Origin: Noviherbaspirillum sp.
GTDB lineage: Bacteria; Pseudomonadota; Gammaproteobacteria; Burkholderiales; Burkholderiaceae_D
DNA: 64,000 bases
Assembly (NCBI RefSeq): GCF_035944575.1
Contig: NZ_DASZBA010000191.1
Location: 172-64,171 of the forward strand
Direction of reading: 5' to 3'
The translations under genes were made by a program, and so were the position numbers. The notes below the pieces were generated by a model. The model saw only the letters and a list, made by a program, of their open reading frames with translations. It was not told the origin of the DNA and ran no database searches. Shown here piece by piece: positions 18,098 to 28,762 of this stretch (position 1 is its first letter; each line of letters starts with the position of its first letter).

Positions 18098-18463
18098 TCA
18101 AGGCAGTCCCACCACGATGCATTCCTTGGGATACGTAATCGCATCGTCTACGTTGTACTGCAGCGCCTGGTTCGGCGCGATCACGGTCTCCCATCCAACC
18201 ACACCGCGCCGGCGCTTCCACGTACCCAGCGTCGGCGGCATTTTCCCGGACGTCTGAACCCTGATCTCTTCCGACGTGCTCACAGGTGACGCTTCCAGCA
18301 CCAGCAGGCCGACCGGCTTCTTGTAGAAACTGGTGATCGTGTACACATCCGTCTCATCCTTGCCCAGGTTATGCAACGTTGCCAATACGGCGTCCCTGAT
18401 GATGCTGGTTACCCTTGTCTGCGGCGCGACGATGAATCTCCCTGGCTTGCCTGCCCTCCTCAT
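18098..18463 (-). CDS. Hypothetical protein
   Basis: 121-aa ORF with non-degenerate composition. I recognise no motif. Confidence 0.45.
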   Translation of the reverse strand: MRRAGKPGRFIVAPQTRVTSIIRDAVLATLHNLGKDETDVYTITSFYKKPVGLLVLEASPVSTSEEIRVQTSGKMPPTLGTWKRRRGVVGWETVIAPNQALQYNVDDAITYPKECIVVGLP

Positions 18464-18711
18464 AAGCTGTTCGCCGTTTTAAGCCAGTTAACAAGTTTTT
18501 CCACGGCGTCCGGCAGAGACGAAATAGCGCCACCGTCAACGGAAATAATGTGTTGTTCAGTCGAAGACCGGACCGTTCGCAACATTGTTCAATAGCCTGT
18601 CATGGAACTGACGCATCGCTGCTGCCACACATTGCCTGTGGCGATAGCGCCACTTCTGCTTGGCCAACCCTTAACGCCAACGGAAATGGCCCGCCAGACA
18701 AGGACAATCAC

Positions 18712-20349
18712 ATGCGATCCACAACAGCCCTGAACACAGCGGATACGCGCCCCGACAAGGTGAGCGCCGCTCATCTCCTGCAAACCGCCAATGCATATCG
18801 TGATGCCGGCGAGCCGGCACTGGCGGAACAGCGCTATCGCGAGGCGCTCGACAGCGCTGCGCACAGCGTGGAAGCGCACTATCGCCTTGCCCTTCTACTC
18901 CAGAACCAGGCGCGTGCCGGCGAGGCATTGCCGCTGATCGATGCCGCCGTCGTTGCGCAACCCGGCAACCCGGCCCTGCATCTTACCCGGGCGATGATTC
19001 TTGCAAGCCTCGGCAAGCATCTGGAGGCGCTGGAAAGCATGGCTGCCGGCTGTCGCATCCATCCCGCCAATGCGGACACGCTTTATAACGTCGGCCTCCT
19101 GTATGCGGAGCTATGCTGTCCGGCCCAGGTCGAAGTCGTCGCCCGCCGTCTGCTTGCACAACGACCCGACTGGCCGGCTGCGCACTACTTGCTCGTGCGC
19201 GCGTTGACCGCGCTCTACGGCGATCCAGTGGAGCTGGACGCGCGCTATGCCCATCTCGTAAAAACCGATCCGCTGAACCCGGCGTTGCGTTTCGCCCGCG
19301 GCCTCCAGCAGCTCCGTACCGGCGATTACCGCGCCGGCTGGGAAGCGCAAGAATGGCGCTGGGAGATCGAGCCGGTAAAGTCGTCACGCTTCCTCTGCGC
19401 ACAGCCGCGCTGGGCCGGCGGTTCGCTGGAGGGTAGAAAGTTGCTCGTAACCGGCGAACAGGGTTTCGGCGACGTGCTGCAATTCGTCCGCTATTTGCCG
19501 CTACTCATCAGCCAGGGGGCGCAGGTCACGCTTCGCCTCGATGCCAACCGGGCGTCGCTGGCGCGGTTGCTGCGAACGATTGACGGTCTGAGGGTCATTG
19601 CCGAAGCCACGCCGCTTCCGCCGTTCGACCTGCATTGTCCGCTCGCCAGTCTGCCTTACGTGTTCGACACGACGCCCGATACGATTCCCGCGACGCCGTA
19701 CTTGCATGTCGATGAGGCGGATGTCGCCGCCTGGCGCGCGCGGCTCGTCGGCATGCCGCGGCCATGGACCGGCGTGTGCTGGGCCGGATCGGCGGAGCAC
19801 GACCACAATATCCGCCGTTCACTGCCCCTGTGCACAGGCAGTCGCTACCACGCCGATCGAAGCCTGCGTGAGCAACGCATCGGTGCCGCATCGGCGGTCA
19901 TTGCCAGTGCGTGCGGTCTTGAGGAGCTAAACGCTGCGGCGGTGCGCGACGCCGCTCCTGCGGCGTACACCATGGAACCCCTGTTGCGCAAACTGGACGG
20001 AAGCATCATTTCGCTGCAGATTGGCCCGCATGCGCAGGACTTCGAGGAACTGCCGGCCGGCTTGCGTGCCCGCAGCATCGCGCCGCTTGCGGATACCTGC
20101 GATTTCTACGACACCGCCTGTCTGGTACGGGCGCTCGACCAGGTAATTACCGTCGATACCTCGGTGGCGCATGTCGCCGGCGCAATCGGCCAGCGCGGAC
20201 TGATCATCAAGCCAGCCGCGCCGGAATGGCGATGGATCGAACAGGAAGGAAAACCGGGCAGGTCGGCATGGTATCCGAACCTGGCATTGATGGAACAGCG
20301 GGCCATTGCCGAGTTCCATCCATCCTCCAGGGACTGGGGCGGCAGATGA
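18712..20349 (+). CDS. TPR-repeat protein with C-terminal glycosyltransferase family 9-like domain
   Basis: Start set at the internal ATG (MRSTTALN). TPR-like repeats occupy the N-half. The C-half has GEQGFGDVLQFVRYLPLL and ITVDTSVAHVAGA, as in heptosyltransferase-like folds. Confidence 0.6.
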   Translation: MRSTTALNTADTRPDKVSAAHLLQTANAYRDAGEPALAEQRYREALDSAAHSVEAHYRLALLLQNQARAGEALPLIDAAVVAQPGNPALHLTRAMILASLGKHLEALESMAAGCRIHPANADTLYNVGLLYAELCCPAQVEVVARRLLAQRPDWPAAHYLLVRALTALYGDPVELDARYAHLVKTDPLNPALRFARGLQQLRTGDYRAGWEAQEWRWEIEPVKSSRFLCAQPRWAGGSLEGRKLLVTGEQGFGDVLQFVRYLPLLISQGAQVTLRLDANRASLARLLRTIDGLRVIAEATPLPPFDLHCPLASLPYVFDTTPDTIPATPYLHVDEADVAAWRARLVGMPRPWTGVCWAGSAEHDHNIRRSLPLCTGSRYHADRSLREQRIGAASAVIASACGLEELNAAAVRDAAPAAYTMEPLLRKLDGSIISLQIGPHAQDFEELPAGLRARSIAPLADTCDFYDTACLVRALDQVITVDTSVAHVAGAIGQRGLIIKPAAPEWRWIEQEGKPGRSAWYPNLALMEQRAIAEFHPSSRDWGGR

Positions 20350-20398
20350 AAATGGTTCCACGCCATCGTGTCGCTTGTCGATGTGCCGACAGCCGGCC

Positions 20399-21301
20399 CT
20401 ACACGGTGCGCTGCTCCCTATCCTTCTTGTTCTGCGCCTCGATGCGGTCGCGCGCATCCTTCCATTGCTCCTGCGACCAGGAACGCAGCTCGTAGAAGTT
20501 GCCGCCGGTGGCGAGATGATTGCCGCCGTCCATCATGATCGCCTGGCCGGTGAGCCAGTCACAGCCGTCGGCCATCAGGAAGGTGGCGAGGTTCTGTAAT
20601 TCCTCCATCTTGCCCGCACGGCCCATCGGGTTGATCGCCGCCGAGCGTGCGCCGGGTTGCTCGCCGGGATTGAGGCGCTTGCTCATGCCTTCGGTCGGTA
20701 TCTCGCCGGGGCCGATCGCATTGAGGCGGACGCCGTACTGCGCCCATTCGGTTGCCAGCGACATCGTCATCGCATGAATGGCCGATTTGCTCATCGCCGA
20801 CGGCACCACGAACGGGCCGCCGTTCAGCACCCAGGTGACGATGATGGAGATCACGCTGCGATAGCCGTCCGCAGGCGTCCATTGTCCGTTGGCGGCCATC
20901 TCGACCCAGCGCTTGCCGACCGCATGGGTGACGTAGAAGGTGCCGTGCATGACGATATTGGCGACGGCATCGAAGCCGCGCGGCGACAGCGCCGAGGTCG
21001 GCGAGATGAAGTTGCCGGCCGCATTGTTGACCAGCCCGGTCAGCGGCCCTTCGGCGAAGATCTGTTCCACCATGTCGTCCACTGCGGCGGCGTCGCGAAT
21101 GTCCAGGCCGAAGGTCTTGACGCTGCCGCCGTGCTGCGCCATCAGTTCGGCGGCCGTCTGGTCGCACACCGGTTTGCGACGGCCGCAGATGTAGACGTCG
21201 GCACCGAGCGACAGATACTTTTCCGCCATCGCGCGGCCGAGGCCGGTGCCGCCGCCGGTGACGAGGATGCGTTTGCCCTGCATGAGTTTCGGTTGGAACA
21301 T
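20399..21301 (-). CDS. SDR-family oxidoreductase, 2,4-dienoyl-CoA reductase-like
   Basis: Start set at the ATG after AAGGAG. The Rossmann motif is VTGGGTGLGRAM. Confidence 0.8.
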   Translation of the reverse strand: MFQPKLMQGKRILVTGGGTGLGRAMAEKYLSLGADVYICGRRKPVCDQTAAELMAQHGGSVKTFGLDIRDAAAVDDMVEQIFAEGPLTGLVNNAAGNFISPTSALSPRGFDAVANIVMHGTFYVTHAVGKRWVEMAANGQWTPADGYRSVISIIVTWVLNGGPFVVPSAMSKSAIHAMTMSLATEWAQYGVRLNAIGPGEIPTEGMSKRLNPGEQPGARSAAINPMGRAGKMEELQNLATFLMADGCDWLTGQAIMMDGGNHLATGGNFYELRSWSQEQWKDARDRIEAQNKKDREQRTV

Positions 21302-21357
21302 GATGGTCTCCTTGAGGTGAAAGGCTGCGGGTCGTGTCGCCATTGGGCGGGGTGGGT

Positions 21358-22221
21358 TTACTTCAGCGTGTATTTTGCCTCTTCAAACGAATGCAGCGGC
21401 GGCAAATCGTCGAACTGGGGCTTGCGTCCCTGCTGCTTTGCGGTGAACGCCTCCACCAGGTTGCTGGTCTGCCATATGCCGGATTGCAGCCAGCCCATTT
21501 GCTGCAATGCATCCTGTGTCGAATGGTCGCGCGCATAGTGGATCGCCTGCTTGCTGCCCCAGACCGCGACCGGTGGCTTTTCCGCGATTTCGCCGGCCAT
21601 CTGCAGCGCCGCCGCAATCATGGCTTCCTGCGACTCGAATACCTCGTTGACCAGCCCGACGGCGAGCGCACGCTGCGCCGGCAGCCGCCGTCCGGTGTAA
21701 GCCATCTCATGCACGATGCCCTCGGGGATCAATTTCGGCAGGCGCTGCAGCGTGCCGAGGTCTGCCGTCATGCCGATATTGATTTCCTGAATGCAGAAGA
21801 AGGCGTCCGCGCTTGCAAGCCGGATGTCGCAGGCCGACACCATGTCTACGCCGCCGCCGATGCAGCCGCCGTGGATGGCGGCGATCACCGGCATGCGCAG
21901 CCGCTCGATGGCGGTGAAGGCCCGCTGCATGTCATCCAGTTGCGGCACGATGTTGGCGCGTCCGCCGGCGTTGCCGTCATTGAGCGCAATGCCGGAATCC
22001 GGGTCGCTGCCGAATACATCGAGCGCCATGCCGGCGGTGAAATGCTTGCCGGTGGAAGAGATCACCAGCGCGCGTGCGGGCGCGGTGCGCTGGAGCATGT
22101 TCACGATGTCGGTCAGCTCGCGCCACATCAGGGGATGCATGGTGTTCATTGACTGCGGCCGGTTCAGCACAAGGTGGGCAACCTTGTTGTCGATGGTCAG
22201 GCTGAAACATTGGTAGGTCAT
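21358..22221 (-). CDS. Enoyl-CoA hydratase/isomerase (crotonase) family, dienoyl-CoA isomerase-like
   Basis: 287-aa ORF with the crotonase pattern VISSTGKHFTAGMAL ... PVIAAIHGGCIGGGVD. Confidence 0.8.
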   Translation of the reverse strand: MTYQCFSLTIDNKVAHLVLNRPQSMNTMHPLMWRELTDIVNMLQRTAPARALVISSTGKHFTAGMALDVFGSDPDSGIALNDGNAGGRANIVPQLDDMQRAFTAIERLRMPVIAAIHGGCIGGGVDMVSACDIRLASADAFFCIQEINIGMTADLGTLQRLPKLIPEGIVHEMAYTGRRLPAQRALAVGLVNEVFESQEAMIAAALQMAGEIAEKPPVAVWGSKQAIHYARDHSTQDALQQMGWLQSGIWQTSNLVEAFTAKQQGRKPQFDDLPPLHSFEEAKYTLK

Positions 22222-22352
22222 GGGAGTCTCCTTGAGAGAATGCTTCGGTAGTATGCGGGAGGGCAGGCATTTCTAGAGGGCCTAATCTAGCACGACCGTT
22301 CTTTTTTTGCCCTATAATCAAAATCCCTTTTTTCCCTTCTCGCGAGGTCGTC

Positions 22353-23321
22353 ATGGCGTTGCCCGCAGCATTGCAGAATCTCAGTCTTCCCGTCATCGGC
22401 TCGCCCATGTTCATCGCCAGCGGTCCGGCCCTCGTCAAGGCGCAATGCAAGGCCGGCATCGTCGGTTCCTTCCCGGCCCTGAATGCCCGTCCGGCCGAAT
22501 TGCTCGATACCTGGCTGACCGACATCCAGAACGAACTCGCCGCATACAGGGAAGCCAATCCGGGCGCGAAAGTCGGCCCGATCGCCGTCAACCAGATCGT
22601 GCATCAGTCGAACGACCGCCTCGCGCACGACGTGGAAGTGTGCGTGAAGCACCAGATCCCCATCATCATCTCCAGCCTGCGTGCGCCGCCAAAGGAAATG
22701 CTGGACGCGATCCACAGCTACGGCGGCATCGTGCTGCATGACGTCATTTCGATCCGCCATGCGCAGAAGGCGCTGGAAGCCGGCGTCGACGGGCTGATCC
22801 TGGTCGCGGCCGGCGCCGGCGGCCACGCGGGCGCGCTGTCACCCTTCGCGCTGGTTGGCGAAGTGCGCAAGTTCTTCAAGGGGCCGGTCGCCTTGTCGGG
22901 ATCGATCGCCACCGGCGACGCAATCCTGTCTGCCCAGGCAATGGGCGCGGATTTCGCCTACATTGGTTCACGCTGGCTGGCGACGAAGGAATCGAATGTC
23001 GATGAAGGCTATCGCCAGGCAATCGTGGAATCGACCGCGGCCGATATCGTCTACACCAACCTCTTCACCGGCGTGCACGGCAACTACCTGAAAAAATCCA
23101 TCGTCGCCGCCGGGCTCGATCCGGACAACCTGCCCACCGCCGACAAGTCGACGATGAACTTCGGCTCCGGCGGCGGCGCCAAGGCCAAGGCATGGCGCGA
23201 CATCTGGGGCGCGGGGCAGGGCGTGGGATTGATGGACGACGTGCCGACCGTCGCGGAACTGGTGGAGCGGTTAAAATCCGAATACCACGCTGCCCGCCAG
23301 CGTCTCGCCATTCCGGGCTGA
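22353..23321 (+). CDS. Nitronate monooxygenase (NMO/2-nitropropane dioxygenase) family
   Basis: 322-aa ORF with LPVIGSPMF ... DGLILVAAGAGGHAG ... typical of NMO/FabK-like TIM barrels. Confidence 0.8.
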   Translation: MALPAALQNLSLPVIGSPMFIASGPALVKAQCKAGIVGSFPALNARPAELLDTWLTDIQNELAAYREANPGAKVGPIAVNQIVHQSNDRLAHDVEVCVKHQIPIIISSLRAPPKEMLDAIHSYGGIVLHDVISIRHAQKALEAGVDGLILVAAGAGGHAGALSPFALVGEVRKFFKGPVALSGSIATGDAILSAQAMGADFAYIGSRWLATKESNVDEGYRQAIVESTAADIVYTNLFTGVHGNYLKKSIVAAGLDPDNLPTADKSTMNFGSGGGAKAKAWRDIWGAGQGVGLMDDVPTVAELVERLKSEYHAARQRLAIPG

Positions 23322-23371
23322 CCATGCATCGCATGCGGCCCTCCTGAAATTCATTTACAGAAAGGGCTGCC

Positions 23372-23677
23372 ATGCCGAAAGCCTACGTCGTCGCAGAAAT
23401 CCAGGTCACCAACCCCACCGGCTACGCCGATTACCGCACACTCTCGACTGCCGCCGTCGCGCAATACGGCGGACGTTTCCTTGTACGGGGCGGACAGCGC
23501 GATCAGCGCGAGGGAGAGGACAGCACGCACAACAGCGGCTGGCGCACCGTCATCGTCGAATACGAATCCATGGAAAAGGCGCAGGCCTGGTACGACTCGG
23601 TGGAGTATGCCAAGGCGAAGGAGGTCCGGCTGGCGAATTCGGTGGGGAGGCTGTTTATTGTTGAAGGGGCGGAGTAG
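23372..23677 (+). CDS. DUF1330 domain protein
   Basis: 101-aa ORF. MPKAYVVAEIQVTNPTGYADY ... YESMEKAQAWYDSVEY is typical of DUF1330. Confidence 0.75.
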   Translation: MPKAYVVAEIQVTNPTGYADYRTLSTAAVAQYGGRFLVRGGQRDQREGEDSTHNSGWRTVIVEYESMEKAQAWYDSVEYAKAKEVRLANSVGRLFIVEGAE

Positions 23678-23809
23678 TAGTGCTTGCCGCATGGACATCT
23701 TAGGACTGCTCTCTGTCCTTGGCAGGAGGAGGGAACCGTGCGGCGCCTTTTGAACATGCAATTCACCGCCTACGTTGCTTTGCCTCACCTCGTTTCATAA
23801 CATCCCCAA

Positions 23810-25432
23810 CTATCTCAACTGCTCCTGCACCTCATCCAGCACCGTTTCCGTCAGCGCGCCACCCTCCAGCTTGATCACCCGATCCGCGACATGGAAATAC
23901 CTGTCGTCGTGGCTGACCACGATCGTCGTCATGCCCTGCGCCTTCAGCTCCGGCAGAATCGCTTCGTAGAAGATCTTGCGGAAATGCGGGTCCTGGTCGG
24001 CTGCCCATTCGTCCAGCACCATCACCGAACGTTTTTCCATGCAGGCGACCACCATGGCCAGGCGCTTGCGCTGTCCGGTCGATAATTCGGTGCGGCTGAA
24101 ACTGCCGCCGCCCACCGACACCACATCCTCCAGTTGGAGGCGCTGCAGCAGTTGCCGCACCTGCGCCTCGTCATCTTCGCCATCCTGCGCCACTACCTGA
24201 TCAAACAGGAAGAAGTCGGACAGTACTGCGGAAAACATTGCCCGGTATTGCCTGCGGTTTCCCGCATGCACTTCCATGCCGTCGATGCCGATGCGGCCGC
24301 TGCTCGGCGCAAGCAGGCCGATCAGGAGCTTGGTAAGGGTGGATTTGCCGGCGCCGTTATGCCCGACGACGAAGATCAGCTCGCCGCGATTGATGCGCAT
24401 CGACACCGGTCCCAGCGCGAAGCTGTCATTGCCGGGATAGCGATAGAACACGTCCTGCAGTTCGATGGCCGACCAGTCGGCGCGCAGCGGCTCGGCGAAA
24501 CCGGTCTGTTCCGGATCGGGCAGCCGCAGGGACGCCAGCTTTTGCAGGGAGACGCGTGCGCTGAGGATGCCGGGTATCTGGTTGAGCGCGATGTTGAGCG
24601 GCTGGCGGATGAAGAGCAGCACCAGCGCGAACGATGCGCCGAGCGCAACGTCACCCCATTGCCAGCGGTAGACCGCCCAGAAAACGAGCCCGATCAGGGC
24701 CAGCGTCACCACCGTCATCATATGGATATTGATGACGATGTAGCGGTCCGCCAGCGTGCGCAGATCGCGTGAACGGCGTGCAACGCCATGCATCAGGGTG
24801 TCGAACACGATGCGGCTGCGCCGCTCGTTCTGCAGCAGTTCCTTGTGGCCGTCCAGGATGTTGCCGTATTGCTTGAACAGGCTGTCCTCCAGCTCCCTAT
24901 CCTCGCGCAGCAGGCGCTGGAAGCGCGAGGTCAATGCCTGCCCGAGTCCCATCGCCACCGACAGGGTGCCCAGGCACAACAGCGCCAGCGGCCATGACAG
25001 CCACAGCATGTATGCCAGGCCGCCCATCACCAGCGTACTGCTGTAAATGAAAAACGGAAACATCACGAAGCCGTCCTGGATGCTGCGGATGTCCTTCGTC
25101 AGCGCGGCGTAGATCCTGCCCTTGCCGAGTTGCTGGATATGCTCGAACTCGGCCTGCAACACCTGCGTGAGCAGGCGGCCGCGCAACTGGTAGATGATGC
25201 GGTAACTCAGCGCCGTCATCATCGACTGCGATGCCACGCCGAAGGAGAACAGGATGACCAGCAGGGCGATCAGCCACAGGCCGTTTTCGATGAAGTGCGC
25301 GCCGCCGGTCGAGATGCTTTTGTTGATGAAGTTGATGGTCGCGATGTTGGCCAGCGCGCTGCCGACGACAAGAGCGGTGCCCCACAGCACCACCCAGCGG
25401 TTCTTCCGGTAAATATCTTTTACGAGGGACAA
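23810..25432 (-). CDS. Fused permease/ATPase ABC exporter of the cyclic-peptide (SyrD/PvdE/YojI-like) type
   Basis: 540-aa ORF. The N-terminal half is a 6-TM domain. The C-terminal NBD has GHNGAGKST, LSTGQRKRLA and VLDEWAADQD. Confidence 0.75.
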   Translation of the reverse strand: MSLVKDIYRKNRWVVLWGTALVVGSALANIATINFINKSISTGGAHFIENGLWLIALLVILFSFGVASQSMMTALSYRIIYQLRGRLLTQVLQAEFEHIQQLGKGRIYAALTKDIRSIQDGFVMFPFFIYSSTLVMGGLAYMLWLSWPLALLCLGTLSVAMGLGQALTSRFQRLLREDRELEDSLFKQYGNILDGHKELLQNERRSRIVFDTLMHGVARRSRDLRTLADRYIVINIHMMTVVTLALIGLVFWAVYRWQWGDVALGASFALVLLFIRQPLNIALNQIPGILSARVSLQKLASLRLPDPEQTGFAEPLRADWSAIELQDVFYRYPGNDSFALGPVSMRINRGELIFVVGHNGAGKSTLTKLLIGLLAPSSGRIGIDGMEVHAGNRRQYRAMFSAVLSDFFLFDQVVAQDGEDDEAQVRQLLQRLQLEDVVSVGGGSFSRTELSTGQRKRLAMVVACMEKRSVMVLDEWAADQDPHFRKIFYEAILPELKAQGMTTIVVSHDDRYFHVADRVIKLEGGALTETVLDEVQEQLR

Positions 25433-25542
25433 ACTGAATTCCGGTTCGGGTATCGACGCCTCTTGCGTGCGAGATGCACGGTCGGGGCAGGAAGCAGGAA
25501 GGCCGGTCGTCGGCTTGCCTGTGATGAAGATGCGAAACGATG

Positions 25543-25791
25543 CTACGCGGCTTTTCCGCAGCCTGCCATTTTATAGACCCGCTCGCGCGACGCCGGGTAA
25601 CTGGCAAGCTTTTCCGCCGGCCTGCGTGGCCGGGCAACGAGTTCGCCGCCGCAGTTCGGGCAGGTGCCGGCCAATATGGTCTCGGCACAGGACGCGCAGA
25701 ACGTGCACTCGAACGAACAAATCCGCGCCTCGGTCGATTCAGGAGGCAGGTCCTTGTCGCAACATTCACAGCCGGGACGTAACTGAAGCAT
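25543..25791 (-). CDS. DUF1272-type zinc-ribbon protein
   Basis: Start set at the ATG after AAGGAG. MLQLRPGCECCDKDL ... CPNCGGELVARP. Confidence 0.65.
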   Translation of the reverse strand: MLQLRPGCECCDKDLPPESTEARICSFECTFCASCAETILAGTCPNCGGELVARPRRPAEKLASYPASRERVYKMAGCGKAA

Positions 25792-25861
25792 GGGTTCTCC
25801 TTCAAAGAGTGGATTAGGCAACGGTCGCGGCACGCAAGTTCACGCGACCGGCGGCCTACTG

Positions 25862-26167
25862 TCAGTTAAGAGTCTGGTCTCCGCCGCTCGCTTCGTATTC
25901 GATTCCTCCGGTGTACTTGCAGATGAAGTTATAGAGCAGGCATCCGACCGCGACCGTCAGGTAGCCGAGCACGAGATACAGCACCGGCATGATCAGGAAC
26001 ATGACCGCCGAGGGACCCATCGCATTACCCTGGCTGTCCACCGGCATGGGAAATATCAAGAACAGCAAAAACATCGGAATGGCGAATACAAGGGCACTCG
26101 CCGCCATCAGCACGCCGAATACCTTGCCGTTCTGGTGAGGAGAGAAGCGTTTGATCTGGATCTTCAT
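25862..26167 (-). CDS. Small integral membrane protein
   Basis: Start set at the internal ATG (MKIQIKRF) after AGGAAA. Three hydrophobic helices are predicted by eye. Confidence 0.5.
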   Translation of the reverse strand: MKIQIKRFSPHQNGKVFGVLMAASALVFAIPMFLLFLIFPMPVDSQGNAMGPSAVMFLIMPVLYLVLGYLTVAVGCLLYNFICKYTGGIEYEASGGDQTLN

Positions 26168-26580
26168 TGCTGTTTCCTGGTGAATCAACGACGTGGTGAG
26201 GGGAGAGGCAAGGGCATATCGCGGCAGGCGCGAATGTTCCGCAAACGAAGTTGCAAAAAATGCATTGCTCGAAGCGATTGTACTTTTCGCGAAACCGGTT
26301 TGCAAACAACCCACGTGCAGTCAGGGCTTCACAGAATAAATAAGGGCAATCCGGCGCAAAGGGCATGTCGACTTGCCGGTTGGATCACAATCGCCGACCC
26401 TGCTTTGGGTGCCATAACGCCAATAGCAATCCGGGCGTCGACCTTCTGCCCGACCTGAACCACCGGTTTCCGAATGCCCTCGGCCGGGCAATCGGCGCCG
26501 AGGCACTGTAAGCTGTCATGGGTACGCGGGCCGGCTGCCGCGATGACGCATTCGAACTTCCAGCAACGGATCCTGAAACC

Positions 26581-26886
26581 ATGATTACCTGCCACATACG
26601 CTATACCGTCGATCCCTATAAGCTCAAGGAGTTCGAGCACTATGCGAAGCTATGGATACCGCTGATCCAGCGATTGGGAGGAATCCATCACGGCTACTTC
26701 CTGCCCGCCGAAGGCGCGAACGACGTGGCGCTCTGCCTGTTCAGTTTTCCCAGCCTGGCCGCCTATGAAACCTATCGCACGCAATCCCGCTCGGACCCCG
26801 GATGCCGGGCCGCATTCAAGTATGCGGAAGAAACACGCTGCTTCAGCAGCACCGAGCGTACCTTCTTCCGGCCGGTCTTCGAATGA
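26581..26886 (+). CDS. NIPSNAP family protein
   Basis: Start set at MITCHIRYTVDPYKLKEFEHY. The pattern is typical of the NIPSNAP dimeric alpha-beta barrel. Confidence 0.7.
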   Translation: MITCHIRYTVDPYKLKEFEHYAKLWIPLIQRLGGIHHGYFLPAEGANDVALCLFSFPSLAAYETYRTQSRSDPGCRAAFKYAEETRCFSSTERTFFRPVFE

Positions 26887-26962
26887 CCGGACCACGGCCG
26901 CATGCGTGAACAGGCGCGGCACGGTTCCTTCGCCACTGCTAACAGGATTCTGAAAGGAGAAA

Positions 26963-27373
26963 ATGGTCATGCATAACTACGGAAGTTGCCTGTGCAAGCG
27001 GGTGCGGTACGAGATCAACGGGCCGTTGAAGGATGTGTTGAACTGCCATTGCTCGATGTGCCGGAAGCTCCACGCAGCGGCATTCCGCACGCGGGCAAGC
27101 GTACGGACGAAAGACTGGACGACCGTCGCCGGTGCGGAGTTCATCAAATTTTATGAATCGTCGCCCGGCGAGCACAAAGCGTTCTGTTCGGAATGCGGGT
27201 CGAGCCTGTTCACGAAATTCGACCGCCATCCCGACTGGCTCGGATTCCCGCTCGGCACGCTGGACAGCGATCCGGGCGTGAAGCCGACCAGGCATGTATT
27301 CGTCAAGTCGAAAGCGCCCTGGTTCGATATCACTGACGATCTTCCCCAGCATGACGAGTTCTGGGAACGCTAG
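26963..27373 (+). CDS. GFA (glutathione-dependent formaldehyde-activating / CENP-V-like) family protein
   Basis: 136-aa ORF with Zn-Cys motifs CLCKRVRY and CHCSMCRK. Confidence 0.8.
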   Translation: MVMHNYGSCLCKRVRYEINGPLKDVLNCHCSMCRKLHAAAFRTRASVRTKDWTTVAGAEFIKFYESSPGEHKAFCSECGSSLFTKFDRHPDWLGFPLGTLDSDPGVKPTRHVFVKSKAPWFDITDDLPQHDEFWER

Positions 27374-27427
27374 CCGCCGGCCGCACGATGACGAAACATT
27401 GTCGACATCCTCGATGACGAGGCGCTG

Positions 27428-27745
27428 ATGGAAATACACTTGCCGCATATGGCTGTTCCATTAGAAGCAGTGATTGCCTGCATCCTCATCGCGGCAATTT
27501 TCTGGATAAATGTAAAAGCCACATTGCTGATCATGCGCGACGGCGTGTCGGAGCGGTCGCAACGCCTGATGCAGCTTGGGTTGGTGTGGGCATTGCCGAT
27601 GATAGGGGCAACGCTGGTCTTCGCCGTGCACCGTCCGCCGGAGAAACATCCGGGCAGATACCGGGAGCCGCCTGATCCGGGCGACGACTTCAGTTTTCCG
27701 CGCTTCAGCGGCAGGCGGTCCGGAAGCGACAGCGATGATGAATAG
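27428..27745 (+). CDS. Small membrane protein, hypothetical
   Basis: 105-aa ORF with two hydrophobic helices and an acidic tail. Confidence 0.4.
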   Translation: MEIHLPHMAVPLEAVIACILIAAIFWINVKATLLIMRDGVSERSQRLMQLGLVWALPMIGATLVFAVHRPPEKHPGRYREPPDPGDDFSFPRFSGRRSGSDSDDE

Positions 27746-27952
27746 AGCGGTTTTCGCAATGGCGCACGGTGCCGCGGGCTGCTTTGGGACGCATGGCGGT
27801 GTTGCTCGTCGCTTGCGTGGCTCGCCACACGGCACTCCTCCCGCCTTGTCCTGCACCCCAAATCAGCCCGCGTCTTCCGCACGCCATCGCGCAAACCGCT
27901 CTAAGGTCCCGTTAAAACGCCGGGCTGGTTTATTCACTTTCAGGACTTTTCA

Positions 27953-28762
27953 GTGCTTGCATTAAAGCTGTTTATTGTCCCGGCATTTCTTCTGCTCCTC
28001 ACGATGGCGGGGAAGCGCTGGGGGCCGTCGGTCGCCGGATGGCTTGCCGGGCTGCCCGTGGTGACCGGGCCCATCCTGTTCTTTCTCGCATCCGAGCAGG
28101 GGCCGGTATTTGCGTCGCGCGCCGCATCGGCATCGTTGTCCGCGGTCCTTGCATCCGTCTCATTCAGCCTGGCTTACTCGCACGCGGCGAAGCGGCTGCC
28201 GTGGCCGCCGTCCTTGCTGTGCGGCCTGGCCGGGTGGACAACCGCCGCCCTGTTGCTGTCACGGCTGCCGGCTTCGCCGTATGCGGCGCTGGGTGTTTCA
28301 TTGACCACGCTGCTCCTGGCGCCACGGCTGTTTCCGGCGGCCCGCGTCCAGATTGCTTCCCGGCCGATCACGACCCTGGAGTTGGGGTGCCGCATGCTGG
28401 CGGGAGCGATCCTGACGGTGGCCGTGACGGTTGCCGCAGGTGCTGTCGGCCAGGCATGGAGCGGTCTCCTTGCGGTGTTCCCGATCCTCGGCACCGTGCT
28501 TGCCGCCTTCTCTCATCAATCGCAAGGCGGCGCATTCGCCGCGGCGCTGTTGCGAGGCATGGTCGCCGGTCTGTATTCGTTTGTCGCGTTCTGCTTCCTC
28601 TTGGCCATGACGCTTCCGCACATGGGCATCACGGGTGCATTCCTTGTTGCCGTTGCAGCCACGGTCGCGGTGCAGTTGGTGTCGAAGCGGCTGCTGTCCC
28701 GACGGAGTGGCGAACGGCCTTCGCCGGTACGCGAAAAATCCCCCACATCGCGTTCGCAATGA
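27953..28762 (+). CDS. Polytopic membrane protein, hypothetical
   Basis: 269-aa ORF with a GTG start and about 8 hydrophobic segments. Confidence 0.5.
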   Translation: MLALKLFIVPAFLLLLTMAGKRWGPSVAGWLAGLPVVTGPILFFLASEQGPVFASRAASASLSAVLASVSFSLAYSHAAKRLPWPPSLLCGLAGWTTAALLLSRLPASPYAALGVSLTTLLLAPRLFPAARVQIASRPITTLELGCRMLAGAILTVAVTVAAGAVGQAWSGLLAVFPILGTVLAAFSHQSQGGAFAAALLRGMVAGLYSFVAFCFLLAMTLPHMGITGAFLVAVAATVAVQLVSKRLLSRRSGERPSPVREKSPTSRSQ

